Origin: Candidatus Poseidoniaceae archaeon
Lineage (GTDB): Archaea; Thermoplasmatota; Poseidoniia; Poseidoniales; Poseidoniaceae
Direction: 5' to 3'
Length of the DNA: 64,000 bases
Assembly (NCBI GenBank): GCA_949372645.1
Contig: CASIAP010000005.1
Span: 157,094-221,093, forward strand
Positions 42,716 to 52,000 of the stretch are shown here, piece by piece; positions within the stretch are counted from its first letter, which is position 1, and every line of letters begins with the position of its first letter. Made by a program: the position numbers and the translations under genes. Below the pieces are notes generated by a model, which was not told the origin of the DNA, made no database searches, and worked only from the letters and a program-made list of their open reading frames with translations.

Positions 42716-45700
42716 TCAATCTTCTTCATCTGCTTGGAATGATTCATGACCTGAGGGGAATTTATCGATCTTTTTCCCAGTCAACATTTCTGATGCACCC
42801 AGTCCATCAGGCAAATCTACAACCATTTTACCACCCGACATTTCAGCTGATTCGGGTTTTGCAGTCAGGTTGACTATCTTTTTCCCAGTCAGCATTTGAG
42901 AGGGAGCAACTTCATCTGGCAAATCTACAACCATTTTACCACCCGACATTTCAGCTGAATCGGGTTTTGCAGTCAGGTTGACTATCTTTTTCCCAGTCAG
43001 CATTTGAGAGGGAGCAACTTCATCTGGTAAATCTACAATCTCTTTTCCAGTCCACCTCTCAGCTGCATCAGGTTTTGCAGTCAAATCCACGATTGTTTTT
43101 CCAGTCAGCATTTGAGAGGGAGCAACTTCATCTGGCAACTCGATTAACATTTTTCCAGATATCGCTTCAGTTATCTCAACTACAGTTGGCAAATCAAGTA
43201 ACTTTCCCTCAGTGCTTTGGTTTCTTGATTCAGCCTGTGATGATTCTGCAACAGCATCTACCGACGTGGCCGTTCCAATCACAGTTTCCGAAGATAATTT
43301 CCCAACAGTATTTGCGCCAGTGCTCGTGCCTAATAACTCGGTCTGCGAAGAGGCTGTGGCACCAGTAGTCTCGATTCCTGATTCAGAATGTTCAGGGGAG
43401 CGGAGATGTTCTTGCTCTTGCCCTGGAGCCAGAGCGAGCTTTAGTTCCTCGACTCGTTTTCGAGAAGAGATGACAATTAATGTAACGGCGAGTACGAAGA
43501 AGAATAAAAGAGCGAGCAGTATGTACAAAACAGTCATTGGTGTTGAATTTGGCGAAGGTGTGACAACCACCATATCAGATTCATAAACGGTAAGTGTGAA
43601 GCTTACTGAGCCTGAGCCGCCAGAATTATTGCCCCATATCGTGTAGAGGATTGTTGAAGAGTTTTCAGTTGCAATACCTGAAATAAAGCCATTCTCCATG
43701 GCTAACCCAGCAGGCAGATCTGGGAAGATATGCCAGTGTTCAACCATGCCGCCCGAATTATTCACTTGGACTGCCATGGTCGTATCATCTCGAAGAATGG
43801 TGAACTCGGCAGGGTTAATTGAAAGAACTGATGTTGGCTCAACGACAGTAATGTTGAACTCGACCAAGAAGAATCCTCCTGAATTCTCAGCTCGTACAGT
43901 GTAACTGCTCGCCGTTGAATTGAACAACGAGGTGCCCGAAAGAGTTCCATTTTCAAAGAGTAACCCTTCCGGTAAAGAGCCTATGATGCTCCAATTGTCA
44001 ACGAAACCAGCTACGAGTTGCGGCTCCAATGTGTCCATCGTTTCTCCTCGAATAAGCGTGAGATTCTCGAGCGAATATGTCACAGTTGGAGCCAATTCAA
44101 GGATGGTAATGTTGAGAAGCATCGAAGTTGAAGATCCGTCACTGTTATTGGCCCAAATAGTGAACAATCTTTGTGACATAATGATGGTGGGCGCTCCTGA
44201 AAGTATTCCGTTGACAAACGAAAGGCCGTCGGGTAGCATCGGTTCAATTTCCCATGCCGTCACAACACCATTGCTCAATTCAGGAGCCAATGGCGTCATT
44301 GTAAGATTACGCGTAAGGGTGATATTTGCGAGGGGGGAGAGGGTGATAGGTACCTCTGGTTCGTTCACGGTGAGATTGAAACTCATGAAGGCATTTCCAG
44401 CAGTATTCGTGGCCTGTACTGTGTATTGGGTCCGGGTCATGTTGACGGTTGATGCACCCCAGATACTACCGTTCGTTTCTCCAAAAGAGAGGCCGTTCGG
44501 TAGGTCAGGAAGAATCGACCAGTTCACAACATCTCCGCCAGTAGAAACCGGTACCAGAACCATCATCTCGATACCACGCGTCAATGTTACGTTCTCTAAA
44601 GAAGAAGAGATAACTGGCGGCTGGATTTCTAAAAGCACGGTGATGTTGACTGTGGCGGTTGAAGAACCACCCGTATTGACTGCTGTGATGGTGTACATGG
44701 TAAGCCCACGTACTGAGACTGGTGTTCCTGTAATTTGGCCGTTGGATGAATCAAAGTTCAATCCGGTGGAGAGGTCAGGAAGAATGGACCATGAGACGAT
44801 AGTGCCTCCTGAATTGGTCGGAGAAAGTACTTCCATGATTGAATTATTGGTGACGGTTCGATGATCAGGAGAATACGAGAGAACGGGTTGGATATCGTTC
44901 ACGGTGATGTTGACTGTGGCGGTTGAAGAACCGCCATCGTTGGTCGCAGTGATGGTGTAGAGTATGAGTGGTTGGAGGGTAAGCGGTAGCCCAGATATTT
45001 GACCATTGATTGCATTCATATTCAGTCCAAGGGAAAGCTCAGGGCTAATCGACCATGAGGTGATGGCACCGCCTGTATTGGTCGCAAAGAGTGGTGACAT
45101 GATTGAATTCTTCGTAAGTACCGCATTATCGGGCGAATAGGAAAGAATGGGGGGGGCGGAAGTCACGGAGATGTTGATGTTGGTCGTTCCTGTACCGATT
45201 GAGTTCGTACCCGTAATCGTGAACATGGTTCGGTTGAAGAGAACGGACGGCGTTCCAGAAAGATTTCCCGTTGAGGAATTAAAGAATAAGCCCTGGGGAA
45301 GAGCAGGGGAGATGGTAAAACCACTGGTGACGGTGGTAGTGATGTTACCGTATTTGAGGTTGCCATTGGTATTGTCATGGTATGAAAAATGAACATCGTC
45401 GTTTGAATCGATAGCAAGTGAGGAATACTCACCCACGTCACCTGATGAATCCAGCGTCTTTGACACCCAAGAGCCACTCGCATCTGTGGCATACTTGAAA
45501 TCATTACCAGAGGTATCATAGTAGGAGATATGTCGATTTTCGTTCGAATCCAAAGCAATTGATGAGAAGAATCCAACTTCGAGGGGGGAATCGACAGTTG
45601 TGTAGACCCATGAACCACTGGCATCAGTAGCATACTTGAGGTCGATCAGTGAGTTGTACAGATATGAAATATGCAGTGCATCATTTGAATCGATCACCAT

Positions 45701-48700
45701 CGAGGCATGGCTCCCTACATCACCTGTTGAATCAAGCGCCGTATATACCCACGAACCGCTTTTATTTGTTGCATACTTGAGGTCTTTATTGGTGTTATCA
45801 AAGTAAGCAATATGAACGTGCTGAGCGGAATCGACTGCAAGTGAGGTGCTGTACACCCCCACATTTGCAGAAGAGTCAATCGTCGTGTACACCCAGGAAC
45901 CACTCATGTCTGTAGCATACTTGAGGGCTTGATTGGTACCATCTCTGTAAGAGATATGAACTGCATCGTTTGAATCGATGGCAAGTGAGGTCTCTTGCCC
46001 GACGAAACCGATCGAATCAAGCATCGTTATCACCCAGGAACCGCTCTTATCTGTGGCATACTTGAGATCACCATTACTGTAGTCAAAGTAGGAAATGTGA
46101 ATGGCGTCGTTCGAATCAATGGCAAGCGATGAATGCTCACCAAGCCAGGCTGTTGAATCAACCGTTGTATACACCCAGGAACCACTTGCATTTGTGGCGT
46201 ACTTGAGGTGAAAGCCGTTGGTTTCACAATATGAGACATGCAAGGTTCCTTTGGAATCAATGGCCATCGAACTAAACAGTCCCCATGAATTACCAACCGA
46301 ATCCAATGTTGTGTTCACATCGTTTGACGCAGTTGAAAAACTACCGATTGCATTTCCGGTATTCGTTGGAGAGAGCGCTGGCATCAGTGTATTGTTGGTC
46401 AAGCTCAAGTCGCTTGGAGAATAGGAAATCATTGGTGCTCCAGAAGACACGGTGATGTTGATTGAAGCGGTAGAGATGCCGCGAATATTGAGGGCAGTTA
46501 CAGTATAGGGAGTCAAGGGGGAAGTCACACTTGGAGTTCCTGAAATCTCACCGGTAGTATCATTCAAATTCAAACCACCAGGCAAGGCTGGACTGACCGA
46601 GTAACCATAGGGATTCGAAGACGCATCCATCGCAAAATACGCAAGGTCGCCATTGCTAAAATCGGAGTACGAAATGTGCATTCCGTCGTTGGAATCAGCG
46701 GCGATCGAAGTGTACTTGCCAACATCACCTAAATTGACAAGGATACTATCGGACCATGAACTACCACTGTACTTTGCATACTTCAAATCATTACCAGAAT
46801 TAGCATGATAGGAAATATGAGGGTTGCCGCTGGAATCCAAAGCGATGGAACTATACGACCCAAAACCACCCATTGAACCAACTTGTCGAGTCGTGGTCCA
46901 AGTTGCACCGTTGTAGGTTGAATAAGCAAGGGAATCGTAGGTGAAGTCTTGGTGAGATATGTGAACATCTCCACCTGCATCAACTGCGATTGAAGAATGC
47001 CAACCAGAAGTCGTCCATCCGCCATCAGCAACCGAATTCGTCCAAGAACCAACTGCAGAACAACTGCTTGAACAGGTAGCGTACTTGAGGTCGCCGCCGT
47101 TATTTGTAGCATCATAGTAGGAAATGTGAACCTCATCGCTGGAATCGACAATCAATGAAGAGTACTGGCCTACGTCTCCAGTCGAGTCGAGCGTTATATC
47201 TGTCCATGAGCTCACAGTTGAGCAACTGATCGAACACGTTGCATACTTGAGGTCGGCACCGGTAACGCCATAGTACGAAATATGGACATTATTGTTAGAA
47301 TCGAGATCGATTGAGGTGTACTGGCCTACATCTCCAGTTGAATCAAGCGTCGTTAACACCCAGGAACCGCTCGTATCAGTAGCATACTTGAGGTCACCAT
47401 TGGTGCCATCATAGTACGAAATATGCACATCATCGTTGGAATCGGTAGCAATGGAAGTATACTGGCCTACATCTCCTGTTGAGTCAAGCGTAGAGTTCAC
47501 CCATGAACCGCTCTTGTCGGTCATAAATTTGAGGTCAGCGTTGGTTTGGTCAGAATATGAAACATACCGATGATCGTTGGAATCAAGAGCGATGGATGTA
47601 TGTGTCCCCGTAGTCCCCGTAGTATCGAGAGTTCCGGAAGTGATTGTGCTGCCAGAATTGATCGGTGTAGCCGTTGGTGACATTGCTGTGTTGATGATCA
47701 AGCTAAATTCGCTTGGAGAATACGAGATAGCTGGAGGCGCTGCTGCGGCATACATCATATACTCAAGATTGACATTGGAGGAGTCAAGGTAGGTCACGTG
47801 CAGGTTATCATTGGAATCAATCGCTAATGAGGAAAACTGGCCGACGTTACCTGTGCTGTCGAGAGAGACAGGTGTGCTCCAAGAGGAGCCATCATGGGTG
47901 ATGTACTCAAGATTGTCATTGGTGGAGTCAAGATAGGTTACGTGCAAGTTATCATTGGAATCAATCGCTAATGAGGACTCCCCGCCGACGTTATCTGTAC
48001 TGTCAAGCGAGACCGGTGTGCTCCAAGACGAGCCATCATAGGTCATGTACTCAAGATTCTCATTGGTAGTGTCAAGGTAGGTCACATGCAGGTGATCACT
48101 GGAATCAATCGCTAATGAGGAATCCCTGCCGACATGATCTGTGCTGTCGAGAGAGACAGGTGTGCTCCAAGAAGAGCCATCATAGGTCACATACTCAAGA
48201 TTGCTATTGGTGTTGTCAAGGTAGGTCACGTGCAGGTTATCATTCGAATCAATCGCTAATGAAGACTGCCAGCCGACGTTATCTGTGCTGTCGAGTGAGA
48301 CAGGTGTGCTCCAAGAAGAGCCATCATAGGTCATGTACTCAAGATTGTCATTGGTGTTGTCAAGGTAGGTTACGTGCAGGTTATCATTCGAATCAATCGC
48401 CAATGAGGAATAGTAGCCAACCTCATCTGTGCTGTCGAGTGAGACAGGTGTGCTCCAAGAAGAGCCATCATGGGTCATGTACTCAAGATTGCTATTGGTG
48501 TTGTCAAGGTAGGTCACGTGCAGGTTATCATTGGAATCAATCGCTAATGAAGACTGCCTGCCGACGTTATCTGTGCTGTCGAGTGTGACCGGTGTGCTCC
48601 AAGAGGAGCCGTCATAGGTCATGTACTCAAGATTGCCATTGGTGCCGTCGCGATAAGTCACATGCAGGTTATCATTCGAATCAACCGCTAAGGAGGAATA

Positions 48701-48892
48701 ATAGCCGACGTTATCTGTACTGTCGAGTGATGTAGATGACGACCAACCAACATTGGCGACGACGATATCTGAAAGCGTTGTCTCGGTGTGTGCGTCATGG
48801 CGATTGTCGATGGCAGATGACCACGACATCATCAGCAGAAGAGCCACCAGAAGCAGAGGAGTGGTGAACCTTGGACGTGCATTGATTCTCAT
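42716..48892 (-). CDS. Giant surface protein: beta-propeller repeats plus putative Ig stalk, TM and repetitive cytoplasmic tail
   Basis: Signal peptide; SLAIDSNDNLHVTY repeats; LP.GL....G.ISGTP units; TM plus RKR. Confidence 0.9.
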   Translation of the reverse strand: MRINARPRFTTPLLLVALLLMMSWSSAIDNRHDAHTETTLSDIVVANVGWSSSTSLDSTDNVGYYSSLAVDSNDNLHVTYRDGTNGNLEYMTYDGSSWSTPVTLDSTDNVGRQSSLAIDSNDNLHVTYLDNTNSNLEYMTHDGSSWSTPVSLDSTDEVGYYSSLAIDSNDNLHVTYLDNTNDNLEYMTYDGSSWSTPVSLDSTDNVGWQSSLAIDSNDNLHVTYLDNTNSNLEYVTYDGSSWSTPVSLDSTDHVGRDSSLAIDSSDHLHVTYLDTTNENLEYMTYDGSSWSTPVSLDSTDNVGGESSLAIDSNDNLHVTYLDSTNDNLEYITHDGSSWSTPVSLDSTGNVGQFSSLAIDSNDNLHVTYLDSSNVNLEYMMYAAAAPPAISYSPSEFSLIINTAMSPTATPINSGSTITSGTLDTTGTTGTHTSIALDSNDHRYVSYSDQTNADLKFMTDKSGSWVNSTLDSTGDVGQYTSIATDSNDDVHISYYDGTNGDLKYATDTSGSWVLTTLDSTGDVGQYTSIDLDSNNNVHISYYGVTGADLKYATCSISCSTVSSWTDITLDSTGDVGQYSSLIVDSSDEVHISYYDATNNGGDLKYATCSSSCSAVGSWTNSVADGGWTTSGWHSSIAVDAGGDVHISHQDFTYDSLAYSTYNGATWTTTRQVGSMGGFGSYSSIALDSSGNPHISYHANSGNDLKYAKYSGSSWSDSILVNLGDVGKYTSIAADSNDGMHISYSDFSNGDLAYFAMDASSNPYGYSVSPALPGGLNLNDTTGEISGTPSVTSPLTPYTVTALNIRGISTASINITVSSGAPMISYSPSDLSLTNNTLMPALSPTNTGNAIGSFSTASNDVNTTLDSVGNSWGLFSSMAIDSKGTLHVSYCETNGFHLKYATNASGSWVYTTVDSTAWLGEHSSLAIDSNDAIHISYFDYSNGDLKYATDKSGSWVITMLDSIGFVGQETSLAIDSNDAVHISYRDGTNQALKYATDMSGSWVYTTIDSSANVGVYSTSLAVDSAQHVHIAYFDNTNKDLKYATNKSGSWVYTALDSTGDVGSHASMVIDSNDALHISYLYNSLIDLKYATDASGSWVYTTVDSPLEVGFFSSIALDSNENRHISYYDTSGNDFKYATDASGSWVSKTLDSSGDVGEYSSLAIDSNDDVHFSYHDNTNGNLKYGNITTTVTSGFTISPALPQGLFFNSSTGNLSGTPSVLFNRTMFTITGTNSIGTGTTNINISVTSAPPILSYSPDNAVLTKNSIMSPLFATNTGGAITSWSISPELSLGLNMNAINGQISGLPLTLQPLILYTITATNDGGSSTATVNITVNDIQPVLSYSPDHRTVTNNSIMEVLSPTNSGGTIVSWSILPDLSTGLNFDSSNGQITGTPVSVRGLTMYTITAVNTGGSSTATVNITVLLEIQPPVISSSLENVTLTRGIEMMVLVPVSTGGDVVNWSILPDLPNGLSFGETNGSIWGASTVNMTRTQYTVQATNTAGNAFMSFNLTVNEPEVPITLSPLANITLTRNLTMTPLAPELSNGVVTAWEIEPMLPDGLSFVNGILSGAPTIIMSQRLFTIWANNSDGSSTSMLLNITILELAPTVTYSLENLTLIRGETMDTLEPQLVAGFVDNWSIIGSLPEGLLFENGTLSGTSLFNSTASSYTVRAENSGGFFLVEFNITVVEPTSVLSINPAEFTILRDDTTMAVQVNNSGGMVEHWHIFPDLPAGLAMENGFISGIATENSSTILYTIWGNNSGGSGSVSFTLTVYESDMVVVTPSPNSTPMTVLYILLALLFFFVLAVTLIVISSRKRVEELKLALAPGQEQEHLRSPEHSESGIETTGATASSQTELLGTSTGANTVGKLSSETVIGTATSVDAVAESSQAESRNQSTEGKLLDLPTVVEITEAISGKMLIELPDEVAPSQMLTGKTIVDLTAKPDAAERWTGKEIVDLPDEVAPSQMLTGKKIVNLTAKPDSAEMSGGKMVVDLPDEVAPSQMLTGKKIVNLTAKPESAEMSGGKMVVDLPDGLGASEMLTGKKIDKFPSGHESFQADEED
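42770..43210 (-). repeat. 54/108-bp repeats encoding GKxIVDLPDEVAPSQMLT / GKKIVNLTAKPDSAEMSG
   Basis: Visible in protein and DNA (cagcatttgagagggagcaacttcatctgg occurs 3 times). Confidence 0.9.
47755..48750 (-). repeat. Seven 144-bp (48-aa) near-identical propeller-blade repeats
   Basis: gtgctccaaga(a/g/c)gagcc recurs every 144 bp. Confidence 0.95.
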
Positions 48893-49004
48893 AAGAGGGC
48901 ACTTCCAATTTGACGGTAGTGCATCTACTTTTTAGCGATATCCTAAACTTGAAGCATAAATATTGAAAATCCTCAAAAGAACGATTCTGCGTAGTAATTG
49001 TTGT

Positions 49005-52000
49005 TTATTCTTCTTCATCTGCTTGAGTCGAGTCGGAATGTTCGGGTAAATCAACGACTTCCTTTTCAGGACTGGTTTCAGATAGAGTTTCATCAGAGGT
49101 GGATGAATTCTCTTCCTCTTGCTCAGCCAGCAGCCCTTCATCTTGTTCCTCTTTTTGTTCCTCTTCCTGTTTTCTGGAAAAGATTCCCAGCAATGTTAGG
49201 AGGAGCATCAAGACGAGTAAGACTCCAAACAGAAGGAACAATGGAGAAATTGGAGTGGAATCCGGTGAAGATTGGATCGACACTCGCTCAGGGTTTTCCA
49301 CGGTAAGTGTGAAGCTTACTGAGTCAGAGCCGCCAGAATTATTGCCCCATATCGTGTAGAGAATTGCTGAAGAGTTCTCAGTTGCAATACCCGAAATAAA
49401 GCCATTCTCCATGGTCAATCCAGACGGCAAGAATGGATATATCTGCCATTGTTCAACCATACCGCCCGAATTATTCACTTGGACTGCCATGGTCGTATCA
49501 TCACGAAGAATGGTGAACTCAGCGGGGTTAATTGAAAGAACTGATGTTGGCTCAACGACAGTAATGTTGATCACGACCAAGAAAAATCCTCCTGAATTCT
49601 CAGCTCGTACAGTGTAACTGCTCATCGTTGAATTGAACAGCGGTGTGCCCGAAATACTTCCATTGTCAAAGAGTAAGCCATCTGGTAAGGTAGCGTTTAT
49701 TTCCCAACTTTCAACAAAGCCAACTCCGAGTTCAGGCTTCAATATCTCCATCGTCTCTCCTCGAATAAGTGTGAGGTTTTCAGGCGAATAAATCACAGAT
49801 GGAACCGGTTCAAGGATGGTCATGTTGAGATTCGAAATTGAAGACCCGCCACTGTTATTGGCCCAAATGGTGTACACCGTTTGTGTCATGTTCACAGTGG
49901 GCGTTCCTGAAAGTATTCCGTTGTCAAACGAAAGACCGTCCGGTAGCATCGGTTCAATTTCCCATGTCGCAACAAAACCACCGCTCAATTCAGGAACCAA
50001 TGGCGTCATGTCCGAGGTGCGAGTAAGCGTGATGTTTTCGAAAGGATAGGTGACAATCGCAAGTGGTTCATTGATTGTGAGGTTGAACGTTGATGCAACT
50101 GAACCACCTGTATTGTTGGCCCAAACGGTATAGCTCGTTCGAGTTGAATTCACCAAAGGAATTCCAAGAATGGTGCCGTCCGACAAATTAAGGCCCAATG
50201 GCAACGATGGTTCAATTTCCCATGTCGCAACAAAACCACCGCTCAATTCCGGTGTAAATGGCGTCATGTCCAAGCTACGAGTAAGGGTGATATTTTCGAA
50301 AGGATAGGTGACAATCGCAAGTGGTTCATTGACGGTGAGGTTGAACATTGAGGTGACTGAGCCACCAGAGTTTTCGACCAATACCGTATATTGTGTTCGG
50401 GTCATATTGACAGATGAAGCACCCCAAATGCTACCGTTTGTTTCCCCGAAAGAAAGACCTGTAGGAAGTGCAGGACTGATTGACCATGTAAGAATGGCAC
50501 CGCCACCAGTGACGGAGTTTAGGGTGGTCATGTTGATGCCACGTGTCAATACGAGTTCACCAGGTGAATAGGAAAGCGTTGCAAGCTCATCATTCACAGT
50601 GATGTTAACTGTTGCAGTTATCGAACCACCAGTGTTTGTCGCAGTAATGGTATACATTGTGAGTGGTTGAAGTGCAATCGGTGTTCCAGAGATTTGACCA
50701 TTGGTCGTATCAAAGTTCAATCCATGGGAGAGCGCTGGAGTAATCGACCAGGATACGATGTCGCCTCCAGAAACCGTTGGAGACAGCAAGGTCATTGCCG
50801 AATTGTTGGTGAGCGTTATACTCTCTGAAGAATAGGTGAGAGTAGGCGCTACAGCATTCACAGTGATGTTGATGAAAGTGGTTGCCACACCTCCAGAGTT
50901 TGCAGCAGTAATCGTGAACATGGTTCGAGTCAAGAGTTCAATTGGCGTTCCAGTAATGGTTCCATTCGAAGTTGAGAACGAAAGACCGTTCGGCAGTGTT
51001 GGATGAATGGTCCACGATAGAATGACACCTGAACCGGTAAGAGTAGGTGACAGTGGTACATCGGAACTGGCTGTATTGTTGTTCAAGCTCAAGTCGTCTG
51101 GTGAATACGCAAGGATTGGAAGATTATCAACAACCGTGAGATTGATGTAAGCCGTTGATGAACCACCTGTGTTTGTTCCATTGACGGTGAACATGGTTCG
51201 AGTCAAGAGTTCAATTGGCGTTCCAGCAATGGTTCCATTCGAAGTTGAGAACGAAAGACCGTTCGGCAGTGTTGGATGAATGGTCCACGATGTAATGGCA
51301 CCTGAACCGGTAAGAGTAGGTGACAGTGGTACATCGGAACTGACAGTATTGTTGGTCAAGATCAAGTCGTCTGGTGAATACGAAAGGATTGGAAGATTAT
51401 CAACAACCGTGATATTAATCAAAGTGGTGGATGAACCACCTGTATTGGTAGCAGTGACCGAATATGTGGTAAGAGGTGAAACGACGGTTGGCGTTCCGGA
51501 AATCTCACCGTTCGTAATGTTCAACTCCAAACCCGTAGGCAAGTCTGGACTCACTGTGAACCTGTAAACATTGTAGGATGAATCCAATCGACTGCTGAGA
51601 AGATCACCGTTTAACACATCATAATATGAAATATCAACTGCGCCGGTGGCATCAACTGAAATCGAAGTATGGCTACCGACACCGACACTATCAATCACAG
51701 ATAATTCCCATGAACCATTCAGATTGGTTGTATATTTGAGCTGTTGATTGGTTCCATCGTAGTATGAAATGTGAACAAAACCGTTCGAGTCAAGCGCAAG
51801 AGAAGCGAATGAACCAACGCTTCCGAGTATATCTATCTCAGTCAATGTCCATCCGGTTGAGCCGTTGTAGGTTGCATAGCGCAAATTTTCACCCACTGAT
51901 GAATAAATACCCATTTGGTAGGCAATGTGGAGGTCATCATTTGAATCGATAGCAAGTGAAGTATAGAGCCCTACATTGGCAAAAGATTGCACCGTAGTTT

